Positions 37,716-50,377 of a stretch of DNA of 64,000 bases are shown here, piece by piece. This stretch comes from Heterodontus francisci (lineage: Eukaryota), in the NCBI RefSeq assembly GCF_036365525.1, contig NC_090400.1:53697663-53761662 (forward strand). Reading direction: 5' to 3'. The notes beneath the pieces were generated by a model. The model made no database searches. It saw nothing but the letters and a program-made list of their open reading frames with translations, and was not told the DNA's origin. Each line of letters starts with the position of its first letter. The first letter of the stretch is position 1. Made by a program: the position numbers and the translations under genes.

Positions 37716-38230
37716 GAAACCCTGACTGGCAGTTCCTCCCCTCAGCCTGGGAATAGACACTATAGCCAATTGTAGCATGCACCACTCCCAACTCCACCCT
37801 GCTCCAAACTAAATTCAGGTAATAGTAGAGACCAGAGACGGAATCTTTCTAATCTATTCAGACACGGTTCAAGATATTATTCAACTTGACTTTTATTCTA
37901 TTTTTTTCCCCAGGAGCTCATTATTTCAACAAACTAGAAACAGAAAGGAAAGTGCAGTATTATGCAGGCAGAAAGCTTTGACACTTCAACAAAGGATTAC
38001 TAAGATGGTTTATTTGGGGATAAAAGTAATTTATTAGACATTAGTGGTTCATCGCTCACTATTACACAATGTATTATTCAAGGCAGTGCATTATGTAATG
38101 TGTGTGAAACATATATACCCTCATTCATTACAATAAAAGTCTGCACTGCCCTGAAAGTTGGGAAGCCATAAAGTGAGTTGAGTTTTGTCCGTCTCAGCTT
38201 TGGTTGACAAGGGACATCAATTGCAGAGCA

Positions 38231-39318
38231 TAGAATTAGAATTAGAACATTACAGCGCAGTACAGGCCCTTCGGCCCTCGATGTTGCGCCGACCTGTGAA
38301 ACCATCTGACCTACACTATTCCATTTTCATCCATATGTCTATCCAATGACCACTTAAATGCCCTTAAAGTTGGCGAATCTACTACTGCTGCAGGCAGGGC
38401 GTTCCACGCCCCTACTACTCTCTGAGTAAAGAAACTACCTCTCACATCTGTCCTATATCTATCACCCCTCAACTTGAAGCTATGTCCCCTCGTGTTTGCC
38501 ATCACCATCCGAGGAAAAAGACGCTCACTATCCACCCTATCTAACCCTCTGATTATCTTATATGTCTCTATTAAGTCACCTCTCCTCCTCCTTCTCTCCA
38601 ACGAAAACAACCTCAAGTCCCTCAGCCTTTCCTCGTAAGACCTTCCCTCCATACCAGGCAACATCCTAGTAAATCTCCTCTGCACCCTTTCCATAGCTTC
38701 CACATCCTTCCTATAATGCGGTGACCAGAACTGCACGCAATACTCCAGGTGCGGTCTCACCAGAGTTTTGTACAGCTGCAGCATGGCCTCGTGGCTCCGA
38801 AACTCGATCCCCCTACTAATAAAAGCTAACACACCATATGCCTTCTTAACAGCCCTATTAACCTGGGTAGCAACCTTCAGGGATTTATGCACCTGGACAC
38901 CAAGATCTCTCTGTTCATCTACACTACCAAGAATCTTCCCATTAGCCCAGTACTCTGCATTCCTGTTACTCCTTCCAAAGTGAATCACTTCACACTTTTC
39001 CGCATTAAACTCCATTTGCCATCTCTCAGCCCAGCTCTGCAGCCTATCTATGTCCCTCTGTACCCTACAACATCCTTCGGCACTATCCACAACTCCACTG
39101 ACCTTAGTGTCATCTGCAAATTTACTAACCCACCCTTCTACACCCTCTTCCAGGTCATTTATAAAAATGACAAACAGCAGTGGCCCCAAAACAGATCCTT
39201 GCGGTACACCACTAGTAACTAAACTCCAGGATGAACATTTGCCATCAACCACCACCCTCTGTCTTCTTTCAGCTAGCCAATTTCTGATCCAAAGCTCTAA
39301 ATCACCTTCAACCCCATA
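38231..39318 (-). mobile_element. Young 5'-truncated CR1 LINE with uninterrupted RT C-terminal frame
   Basis: ORF 38311-39255: SGVPQGSVLGPLLFVIFINDL, KFADDTK, RPHLEYCVQFWSP; (TTCTAA)n tail. Confidence 0.97.
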
Positions 39319-39422
39319 ATAGCATGAAATATATGGGGGTTAATATAAGGGACATTAGGATGAATGTGTTACAGTGAAAATGTTGCTTTGACCAATCTTC
39401 AGTGCATGCCTGGCATTTTTAG

Positions 39423-39845
39423 GTGTCAGCTATGGCCCAGTGGGTAGCACCCCCTTTTAAGGTTGTGTGTCCAATTCCCACTCCAGACACTTGAGCACAA
39501 AATCCAAGCTGACACTCCTAGTGCAGTACCAGGGGAGTGCTGCAGTGCTGGAGGTGCTATCTCATAGGTAAGATGCTAAACCGAGCTCCTGTCTTCCCTC
39601 TCCGGTGGCTGAGCACTATTTTGAAGAAGAACAGGGGAGTTCATCCCAGTGCCTTGGCCAATATTTATCCCTCAACCAACATCACTAAAGAACTGATTAT
39701 CTGATCACTTATTTATTGCTTGTGTGATCTTGCTGGGTGAAAATTGGCTGCTGTGTTTCCTACATCACAACAGCAACTACACTTCAATTTGGGACTTCCT
39801 GAGGATGCGAGAGGCGCTATATAAATTCCAATCTTTTTTTTCTTT
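39423..39845 (+). mobile_element. DeuSINE (SacSINE1-like)
   Basis: Family head, core and tail. Confidence 0.85.
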
Positions 39846-39896
39846 ATGCTCACCCAAAGTCCTGCGCACCTCCCACCTGGTGCCCCTGTGAAGCTT

Positions 39897-40000
39897 TAGA
39901 GATAGAGATACAGCACTGAAACAGGCCCTTCAGCCCACCGAGTCTGTGCCGACCATCAACCACCCATATATACTAATCCTACACTAATCCCATATTCCTA
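39897..40000 (-). mobile_element. V-SINE 3' fragment
   Basis: AGAGATACAGCACTGAAACAGGCCC tail. Confidence 0.85.
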
Positions 40001-40574
40001 TCAGGACCAGGTGTTAGGCTGAAAGGCGCTATATAATTGCAAATCTTTCTTTTTTCCTATCCAAGGTCAGCATCTCTCATTCTGTATTTCGAGGGTCAAT
40101 TCTGTGACTTGGACAGGGACTGACAGCGTGGGAGCTGATTGTCTTGATTGACGCTCCTGGTACTTTTTATGGACCATCTCATTCTCTGCTGTGGCCCCAA
40201 GCCAGCAGCTTCAGCATTTAATCAGCCCGCCAGTCGCTTACTACTTCATACGTGCCTGACAGATAGAAGTTATGGCTAATTCTACTGAGACTGTTTTCAC
40301 TTTCAGAAGTTTTATTTTTAGGTTCAAGTTGACAGTTTAAGCTGACATGCTCTTTTGAACTCCTAAATTCAACAAAAATAAAATCATTAGGCAGCCAACG
40401 TTTAATTTTACTGAGATCGTAGATGCAAGTAAAATTATTAATCTCATTCTAATTTGATCCATAATTCCTCCCTGCTGTCACTGGGCACTTAATCTGATTC
40501 TCGAGTCAGTAGTCTAACTGAGACCAAATACCACTTTTGAATCACAAATACTTATTGTGAGGGACAGCATGTGA

Positions 40575-40810
40575 GTTCTCCTAGGTGGCCTGACCAATAT
40601 TTCTCCTTCAACCACCATGACTGACAAAAAACAGATTATCTGGTCACTATGGCATTGCTGTGTGTGGGATCTTGCTGTGTGCAAATTGGCTGCCATGTTT
40701 CCTACATTACAACAGTGACTGCACTTCAAAAAGTATTTCATTGTCTGTAAAGCACTTTGGGACATCCTGAGGTTGTGAAAGGTGCTATATAAATGCAAGG
40801 CTTTTCTTTA
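40575..40810 (+). mobile_element. DeuSINE 3' half
   Basis: CAGATTATCTGGTCA...TTACAACAGTGACT...TATATAAATGCAAG. Confidence 0.85.
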
Positions 40811-41199
40811 CTAAAATTAAAGGAGACAGAGTTTCAGTTCCGCGGAATAAAAACTGCTGAATGTAGTTTTTTAAAAAAATAAAATATTTATTACGTCTAA
40901 ATCAGTGCTTGTCGTCTAGTTCTGTCACTGTAGCTGGTTCAAGTGGATACATTATTCATCACTTTTTTTTTACGTGCATAATTTAGGCATTAAAAACTTT
41001 GTATGCATCAGTCTGGTTGTTGCGGGCCAATCGATTTACAAGCTGGGAGGATTGGATTCTATCTGGACTCCAGGGGATTACTGGAAGCCTTCAGGGTCAT
41101 CAGACTTCAGTCACAGATTTTCTGCAGCTGATTTCAGAAATTTGCTACGTTAGTTTAATTAAACTTCTTTTCGCAATGTTAACGCTTCCTTTGGGTATC

Positions 41200-41810
41200 T
41201 GCCCAGGATGGGCATCAATATTTTTAGGAGTGTTAATATTTGTAAAGGGTCCTAGGGGTCTGTTAACACATGTAGAGTGGGGGTGTGGGTTGGGTTCCCA
41301 GGAGTGCGTTAACACATGTAGGGGAGCCCAGGAGCATATTAACAGTTGTCAGTGGTCTCAGGAGTACGTTAACAGTTGTAGCTGGACCCAGGAGTGTATT
41401 AACACATGCAGGGGGTCCCAGGAGTGTATAAACACTTGTAGAGGTCTCCTGAGGTCTGATAATATTTTTCAGGGATCCCAGGAGTGCGTTAACATTGCAG
41501 CAGCTTTCCAGCAGTATGTTAACACTTGTAGGGGCGGTCCCAGGAGTGTGTTAATATTTGCAGTGAGTTTCCAGGCATGTTATAATGTTTGCAGGGTGTC
41601 CTAGGTGTGCTTTAATATTTGCAAGGGGTTTACAGGTTGTGTTAATATTTTCAGGGCCCCCCAGAGGTGTATGAATATTTTCAGGGGGCTCCAGGTGCAT
41701 ATTAATACTTGCAGGGTTATCCCAGGAGTGTTTTAATATTCATCAGGGGTTCCAGGAGTGTGTTATCACTGGCAGGAGTCCCGGCAATGTATTAATTTGC
41801 AGGAGGCCCC
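41200..41810. repeat. Degenerate ~30-bp minisatellite (GGGGTCCCAGGAGTGTGTTAAYATTTGCA-like)
   Basis: Recurring CCCAGGAGTG..TTAAC/TA unit; gives the QECVNTCRG repeats in the ORF track. Confidence 0.88.
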
Positions 41811-42421
41811 TAAAAGGTAGGGAGATCAAGAGATGGGGAGCTGGACGACTGGAAGTGGAGAGCGATCGCTTCAGGTGTGGGTCTTGGATACCTCTTTGTG
41901 ATGCCTCTACCAATATGGTGGATGCTACAATTCCAGCATAAAGTGTGCACATTGCTGCATTGGATGCAATGCATCCGATTTTACTCTGCAACATCATCCG
42001 ATTTCTAGCTCAGAATCACCCAAGACTGCTCTCCAACTTTCAATCTTTCCCATAATCTGGATATCACAGCAGCTCTCTACTCAACTTGCTAAAGGTCCAG
42101 GCCAGTCACCAAGATACAGTATGTCAAAGCATTTTATTAGCTTGCTATAATTCTTGCTGCCATGATGTTTATGAGTCCACCCCAAGAGTCAAACTATTCA
42201 TCTTGTCATTATGACCTCCTTCTTGTTTTCTGCTAAAAGTTCAGAAGTGTAAATTTGAGCACAGTTTTATTATTTTTGTAAGGCAATTTTCTGCAATCTG
42301 CTCTTTTTATTCAGCTCTCCGCTGTCACGCACTCACCATTCCTTGGTCTATTGAACAGGGCAGCCACCAGCCTCGGAACACGCTACACTGCAAACTTATT
42401 AGCTCGGAGTTAAGTGGCAAA

Positions 42422-43572
42422 TGTCAACTGTAGCTTGATGGGTTGCTCTCTTACCTCTGAGCTTGAAAGGTCATGGGTTCAAGCCCCATTCCAGGGACTT
42501 GAAGTGTGTGGGCAGACATTCTCATGCAGTATTAAGGGAGTGCTGTCTTTTGGATGTGATATTAAACTAAGACCTTATTTTCCCTCTCAGATGGATGCAA
42601 GAGATTCCATGGCACTATTCTGAAGAAAAGTAGGGGAGTTGTGTGGTGGCCAATATTTACCCCTCAACCAACATTGTTAAAAGCACATGATTTTGTAATT
42701 TATCTTGTTGTATACAATCTGGCTGCTGTGTTACAACAGTGACAACAGTTACAACAGGCCCAGAGAGTGTGGGAAAATGGTGCACTGACACAGAACACAA
42801 AAGTCCGAGTGTATCAAGCCTGTGTCCTCAGTACCTTGCTCTATGGCAGCGAGGCCTGGACAACGTATGTCAGCCAAGAGCGACGTCTCAATTCATTCCA
42901 TCTTCGCTGCCTCCGGAGAATACTTGGCATCAGGTGGCAGGACCGTATCTCCAACACAGAAGTCCTTGAGGCGGCCAACATCCCCAGCTTATACACACTA
43001 CTGAGTCAGCGGCACTTGAGATGGCTTGGCCATGTGAGCCGCATGGAAGATGGCAGGATCTCCAAAGACACATTGTACAGCGAGCTCGTCACTGGTATCA
43101 GACCCACCGGCCGTCCATGTCTCCGCTTTAAAGACGTCTGCAAACACGACATGAAATCCTGTGACATTGATCACAAGTCGTGGGAGTCAGTTGCCAGCGT
43201 TCGCCAGAGCTGGTGGGCAGCCATAAAGGCGGGGCTAAAGTGTGGCGAGTCGAAGAGACTCAGCAGTTGGCAGGAAAAAAGACAGAGGCGCAAGGGGAGA
43301 GCCAACTGTGTAACAGCCCCGACAATCAAATTTTTCTGCAGCACCTGTGGAAGAGCCTGTCACTCTAGTATTGGCCTTTATAGCCACTCCAGGCGCTGCT
43401 TCACAAACCACTGACCACCTCCAGGCGCTTACCCATTGTCTCTCGAGATAAGGAGGCCAAAGACAGACAGTTACAACAGTGACTACACTTCAAAAGTACT
43501 TCATTGGCTGTAAAGCACTTTGGGACATCCTGAGGACATGAAAGGTGCTATATAAATGCAAGTCCTTCCTTT
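42422..43572 (+). mobile_element. DeuSINE (SacSINE1-like) interrupted by an RTE
   Basis: Head at ~42422-42500; tail resumes TTACAACAGTGACTACACTTCAAAAG at 43471. Confidence 0.82.
42758..43466 (+). mobile_element. RTE LINE 3' fragment with uninterrupted frame
   Basis: ORF 42767-43414; 13-bp TSD ACAGTTACAACAG at 42745-42757 and 43467-43479. Confidence 0.96.
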
Positions 43573-45154
43573 TCAAGAAGAGCAGGGATTATTCACCTTC
43601 TAATTTTCCCTCCCTATCTGCACCCCCTTTTTCCTGATGGTGTGACATTGGAATGTGACCCTGTGGGGACTGAGGAGCATCAGTCTGTTCCTAAACACCC
43701 GGAGGCACAGCTGACTAGAGCTTCACTGCATCACACAGCACAATGTCACATTTTCTTGCGATCCTGCAGAGTTGTCTCTTTGAAGCTCCCCCTCCTCCCC
43801 CCACCACCCAGCCTTGTCTTTGCTTCTTCTGAATCAGGCCGTTCAGCATCAGCCATGCACTCAAACTATCCAAATAAAAGTGCCCTTGGATCCATTTATG
43901 TAACATCAACTATCTTTGAATTTGCTGAGAGAGATGTACATGTTCAAAGAATGTGCTGTACATCAAACTGTGTGCCATACATCACAGCCAAGCAGGATTT
44001 CACTTGTCAATCTGTCTTTTGAGTCCTAGAAAAGTCTAATCTACAAATTACTCATGACTACTGTCTGAAGCTACACGAGAAAAGAATGTGGTCTAAATCT
44101 GGATATTTTGACTCACCCCTCTGCACCTTACATCTGATACCCCCATGGGTAACTACTACACTGTAATCTTGGCTGCACCTCGTACACTGTTCTATCCTGT
44201 TTCTGTTGTGAGACCGTGTCGTTTACACAAGGCATCTCTATGTAATAAAAATCTTCATTCTAAACCCCTACATTTGTAACAAAAAACACCTATATAAACC
44301 TGTCGCGCTGTAGTTATACCTTCCCGCCAGTGGTGCTACTGTACCACCTCAGTTTTGGACCTCACAGTTCCTCAGGTTACACAGCAGGGAAACTCTCATG
44401 TTCCAACCAACTCTACTTTCCAAATTGCTGTATATCTTGCTATTTAACTATAAATAATGATATCAAATCAAAGTATTTTGTAAAAGTAAGGACAGAATGT
44501 ACATTTCTAAAAATGGCGACTGAATTACATCTGTGCACTGATTCAATTATCCTCACACACCCGCTAACCCACCTGAACACTATACTTGTTCTTGACTCTT
44601 TGTGTAGAAGGCCATGGAAGATCATCCAGTCTGGAAGAATATCAGGAAGAATTAACTAATTAGGAGGATGCCTTGGTACTGGATCCAGCAATTGCTGCAG
44701 TGATGCTGCCTTCCCTTAAGAATAGCCCTGCTGGCACTTATGTGCTAAACATTTGATGGTCATTTGAGTGAGAGGAGGGGTACTGGAGGATGGCCAGTGC
44801 TCATGGAATGGTAGCTGAGCATGGAGCTAACTCCGATGGGGGGAGGAGGAGGGAAGGGATAAGGCAAACAGAAGAAAGAAAGATAAAACCTGTTAGTACG
44901 TCCCACATGTTTCATCAGGTTGTGGCATTATTTAGTTCACGCACCTATAGTGCCTTCAGATTTTGGAACCAGGAGGCAGCCATTTTGTGTGCATCCCCTT
45001 GACGTCAGGGTTTTTCTGTTTGCTTGTAAAATGTCCTTGGAGAACTGGAAGGGTTGGGTCACTCCATCACAGGAGTAATCAGACCCAGCGCCAAGGCTTT
45101 CAACTGCATCCAAAATCCCAATCATCACTAAGCATATTGAAAGCTGCCCATTTG

Positions 45155-45603
45155 GTGTCAGCTGTGGCTCAGTAGCTAGCGGTCTTATCTCCAAGTGTGA
45201 AAGCTGTGGGTTCCAGTCCTGATCCAGAGAATCAAGCACACAATCTTGGCTGACATTTCTGAGGGAGTGCTGCACTGTTGGAGGTGCTGCTTTTCAGATG
45301 ATACATCAAGCCAAAGCCCTCTCAAGTGGCCAAAAAAAAAATCACATGGCATTATTTCAACAACAAGTAGGGGAATTCTCCTTGGTGTCCTGGCCAAAGT
45401 TTATTCCTCAACCAACATCACTAAAACTAAAACCCTATCATTTATCTCATTGCTGTGCATGGGAGCTTGCTGCGCGCACCTGAGCTGCTGTATTTGCTGC
45501 ATTACAACAGTGACTACACTTTAAAAGTACTTCATTGGCTGTAAATTGCTTGGGATGTCCTGAGGTTGATAAAGGCGTCATATAAATGCAAGTCTTTCTT
45601 TCT
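45155..45603 (+). mobile_element. DeuSINE (SacSINE1-like)
   Basis: Complete head, core and tail. Confidence 0.87.
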
Positions 45604-45782
45604 TATTTGTCCTGTTCTTGCAATTCACACCACATTGGTTAAGGCAATGTTGTGAATTTCCTAATAGTGGCTTAACAAAGGCCTGGGGGGGAGAAGACCT
45701 ACCCAACATCTCAGTCCAGGATCATGCTTGATAGAATGAAGCCCAACTGAGGAATGGAGAGCCATATCGTCACAAGAAATGG

Positions 45783-46185
45783 CTTGAGTATGGAAGATTA
45801 AGGGGTGATCCAATTGAGATGTTTAAGATGAACGAAGGAGTTGATAGAGTAGATAGACCCTCTGGTTGGGGGGGGTGGGGGGTAAGTCCAAAACAAGGGG
45901 GGCATAATCTTAAAATTAGAGCCTGGTCATTCGGGGGTGATGTCAGGAAGCACTTCTTCGCACAAAGGCTAGTGGAAATCTGGAACTCTCTCTCCCAAAA
46001 AGCTGTTGAAGCTGGGGGTCAACTCAAAAACTTACAACCAAGATTGCTAGATTTTTGTTGGGTGAGGGGGTTACAGAAGCAAGGTAGATTGATGGGAGTT
46101 AAGATACAGATCAGCCATGATCTAATTGAATGGCAGAACAAGCTCGAGGGGCTGAATGGCCTCCTCCCGTTGCTATGTTTCCTAA
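45783..46185 (+). mobile_element. CR1 3' fragment
   Basis: MFKMNEGVDRVD...RKHFFAQRLVEIWNSL. Confidence 0.88.
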
Positions 46186-47339
46186 GAAATGAGCCTGCGA
46201 GCTAAGTTAGCTAGACTGTAGCTCTGATGCTACGATTGGCTTTCATGGTGAAATAGCACAATGGCATTCACTGACTGACACTCCGGAGGGCCGGTTGCTC
46301 CTCTGTCCACAAACAGACAGACTCACTCCTGTTAATACCTGGAAGTGGTCATAGAGTCATTACAGCACTGAAGGAGGCCATTTGGCCCATCGAGTCCATG
46401 CCAGTAAATTAGACCTCGTTGCTTACCCGCAATACCATGACTCAGGTTTGAGCTGAAGTTGCTGCAGCCACAGTGCAGAGCACGAACCACTGTACAATCA
46501 CAGCATGCAACGTGGGCCATGGGGCAGCTTTGAATTTGTTTTTTAAAATTAACTTCTCACCCACATCCAACCCCCACCCCCTACATTCCTGCCCCTATGT
46601 GGCTGCCTCAGAAGTGACCAAGCAAGGAATAAAACAATGATAATGGAAAGGCCACCACCACCTTCTCAGGACAACAAGCGATGGGTAATAGGTTTGACTT
46701 TTCCAGGTTTGCTGGGAACAAATGATCACAAAAGCGCACTCTGACATGGCTTAAAGCTTTGGTTAAAATAGCAAACAAAGAAACTTCTGGAGAATGCACT
46801 AACAAGTTTTGCATGCTAATATTCCACAGTATGATTGATACATCTATATCATTTAATGTATTTTTCCTTTCATTCTCTTGGATTGAAAATCTCAGCGCAG
46901 GCATGATGTGATGAGAGAATATTGCCAATATCAATAACATTCTGTTATAAAATTGGAAAAATTACAGTATAAAGTCCATTCAGCCCATCTTGCCTGTGCT
47001 TGTGCCAGCTGTTCAACTGGAGTTGTCTACTCTAATCCTATGCACTCATATCCTTTCATATTTTATAACGTGTGCTCTGCAATTTGACTTTCCCCCCTCC
47101 CCCCAACCCAGTCTTCTGAAACTTGGCCCCTGCCCTCTGGTTCCCGACCTTCCCCATTTTCATACTTATCCAATATGCTTTTAATTGATGTCTACCTCAC
47201 TATCCACTTATGGTAAAGCATTCTGTGTTCTAATGACTCTCTGTGTGAAATCATTTCTTCTATGTTTTCCCTTAATTCTTCTAGTGTCAATGCACTTTTC
47301 CACCATCCCTCCCCTTGTTACCAATTTGCAAACAACCAT

Positions 47340-47507
47340 ACCTCCGAAACCCTTTACAGCTCCCTAAAAGCACTGTGAAAACACCTTCGCCATACAGACT
47401 GCTGCAGTTCAATTAGAAGATTCACCACCACCGTCTCAAGGGCAAGTAGGAATGGGCATTAAATGCTGTCCATGCCAGTGAGGCTCACATCCCAAGGATG
47501 AAAAAAG
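47340..47507 (+). mobile_element. 3' end of the LINE family at 48170-52958 (old copy)
   Basis: CTCCCTAA.AGCACTGTG...TCAAGGGCAA.TAGG.ATGGGCA.TAAATGC...CACATCCC. Confidence 0.7.
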
Positions 47508-48356
47508 GGTGAAACCCTTTATTGCATTTTCAGCGTCCCATTTTTTGAGCTTTTCTTTATAAATGTAACCTCTTGTTCATGGTATCAGTCACTGTCTCAT
47601 TTTCATGGCTCTAATATCCAGACTCGCAAAAAATGCTCCTGCTAGGGTACAGGTCAGTACCATGAAACGCACGCAGCTCTAAAAGAGGAGGTAAATGGAT
47701 CAATAGTCCATTGGGTAGCAGTTGTACTTCCTGCTAAATCAAATTTCCCTCAGGTTTCCTAAATTTCTCGTGGATATTTTATCTCTCCGGATAGATTGGC
47801 CCATTCTCTTCAAATAGTGAAAGCATGCAATCGCTGTTCCTCTAAAACTTTTAGCTCCTAGGGTCTGTGCCACTCTAAGTTATCTATTGCCACATATTCC
47901 TGACAGGCTAACTATCCATTATTTTATTACCAGCCATGTTCTGTGTCTATCTTCCTTCATCAATGTGCTCGCAAGCTTTTTATTTTGCATGCAGTTATGT
48001 TTTTTTGAAATTCTCTCCCATTGTCCCTTTCCCAAGCTTGGTAAGGTCTGTCCAAAGGTCTATCCACTGGGGCCTCCAACAATGCTCATGTCACCTGCAA
48101 TTTTAACACAGGGGGCTGAGTGGGGCCAACCTAGTGGGGAAGAGGGTTGGTTCCTGCATACACAAGATCTAGACACCATTCAGTCTGATTAGTGGCAAGT
48201 AACATTTGGGGCACACAAATGCCAGGCAATGACCATTTCCAATGAGAGAGAGTCTAACTACATCCTGTTGAGCTCCAACGGCATTACCATTGCTGCATCC
48301 CTCACAATTAACATCCTGGGGTGCACCATTGACCAGAAAACTAACTGGCTCAGCCA

Positions 48357-48690
48357 GGGGCGACACAGTGGTTAGTGCTGCAGCATCACAGCTCCAGCGA
48401 CCCAGGTTCGGTTCTGGGTACTACCTGTGTGGAGTTTGCAAGTTCTCCCTGTGACTGCGTGGGTTTCCGCCGGGTGCTCCGGTTTCCTCCCACAGCCAAA
48501 GACTTGCAGGTTGGTAGGTAAATTGGCCATTATAAATTGCCCCTAGTATAGGTAGGTGGTAAGAGAATGGTAGGGATGTAGTAGGGAATATGGGATTAAT
48601 GTAGGACTAGTATAAGTGGGTGGTTGTTGGTCAGCACAGACTCAGTGGGCCAAAGGGCCTGTTTCAGTGCTGTATCTCTCTATGACTCTA
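48357..48690 (+). mobile_element. V-SINE (HE1-like)
   Basis: Head, V domain and GGGCCTGTTTCAGTGCTGTATCTC tail. Confidence 0.92.
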
Positions 48691-49251
48691 TATAAATACT
48701 CTGACTACAGGAGCAGGTCAGAGGCTGGGAATTCTGCAGTGAGTATCTCACCTCTTGACTCCCCAAAGCCTTTCCAGCATCTACAAGGCACAAGTCAGGA
48801 GTATGATGGAATAATCCCCACTTGCCTGGATCAGTGCAGCTCCAACAGCACTCAAGAAGCTCAACACCATCTAGGACAAAGCATCCCATTTGATTGGCAC
48901 CCCATCCAGCACCTTAAACATTCACTCCCTCCACCACCAGCACACAGAGGCTGGAGTGTATACTTTGTATGATTGCCTTTAAGAGTAATGTCCCTTTAAG
49001 ATTTTAGTAAGTTAATGAGCTGAGTACCAGAATGAGTGACTCGGAGCCAGAGTCACTCTGCAACTGTAACACCCAGAGTAAGGTTCTGTAAATAGTTAGC
49101 TCTGTATTGTATATAATAGTCTAGCTGTAAGTAAACCTGTTTGAGATCTTCAAACAACTGGACTGCACACATCTCATTTATGTTGCATCAGAACACATAA
49201 AAGAACTCATTATATGGTAGCAGCTGTGGTGAGAAGAATAAAGTCTAGATT

Positions 49252-49967
49252 TTGCCGAAAATAGAAACATGTTGTCGAAGCTTTTCGTCTTGCACTCATC
49301 AGGACAATCACAGGAATAACCAATGTAAGGGAAAACAGCAACTTATACTGCATGAGAAGAGTGTGCTGATTGGTTGGCAAGTGAACTCTGATTGGTAGAG
49401 ACGTTGCCATGGAGAATGCACCAATTTACAGTGACTTACAGTTAACTGCCAAGCTTTGTTTAAAAGTTAAACCAGGCAGCTTGACTCTGATTAGTCAAGG
49501 CATTACCCTGAGGAATGAACCAGTGAATGGCTGTCACTTATTTTGTTCAGCTGAAACAGGTGCAATGTTTGCACATATTCTTTCTGTCTGCAAAGAACAG
49601 GGCCCTGTGTATTAATATATGGAGCTTCCAGTACGCGCAAATGCACCACACTGCAAGCCCTACTGACAATCTTAAATTGGTTGCCAGCGTAATTCTTAAC
49701 ACACTGTGGATTATTTAGCAAATGTCCAATTGCGGAATCACATCGAATGTTGGACACTGTGTTTTGAGTTTTGCAAGCATGAGCTGGTTGGGTACAGCCC
49801 GTACCTTGCCCGTTGCAAATAGCAGAAAGGACATGTTGTTTGATATGTTCCGCCAGTCATTGGGACGTCCGGCCTATATACCTAGCATCACACTGGCATT
49901 GAAATTCATTATTACTTTACTCTTTTGTGTGATAGGCAGGACATCATTTTTGCTGCCGTCAACAGGG
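49252..49967 (-). mobile_element. Second Penelope-like family (GIY-YIG plus 3' end) nested in the LTR element
   Basis: Minus strand FQCQCDARYIGRTSQ*LAEHIKQH...SAIGHLLNNPQC...LRVLEAPYINTQGPVLCRQKE; terminal hammerhead. Confidence 0.85.
49272..49307 (-). ncRNA. Minimal type I hammerhead ribozyme
   Basis: TTGTC-CTGATGA-GT(GCAAG)AC-GAAA-AGCT-TC-GACAA: intact core, 5-bp stem I, palindromic AAGCTT stem III. Confidence 0.82.
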
Positions 49968-50377
49968 AAGATACGACTCCTTTCCCAAACTGATAGAGGT
50001 CGGCGCTATTACAGGAAGCATCTGTTTGAAAAATCACAGGAAAACACCAATCTCTGCAGAACATCATCCATGCAGCCTAAGTTTAAAAAAACATTAAACC
50101 ACTCGAGCATGAATAAGAGTTTCCATTCACAAAGCAACAGTAAAAGAAACCCATTAAAACCACTTGAGCGTGAAGAACATAAACAAACACTGAAAAAAGG
50201 TTATTGAACAGCTGTGTAAACAGAGAGGCTTAAGTACTGAAAGCAAGATAAAGCACAGAACTAGCAAACACCTGCTCCTGCCAATCAAAGTAGCTAGTCT
50301 AAATAACAGACAGTTTCTTAAAGAGGAAACAGTGCAGAGTCATAGAACAAGCTTTAAAGCAAAAGAACAGCAGAAAT

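Noticed and set aside
40999-41604. 201-aa ORF with Cys-rich 10-aa repeats (QECVNTCRG)
   Set aside because: By-product of a 30-bp minisatellite; TTG start; the frame closes while the repeat continues
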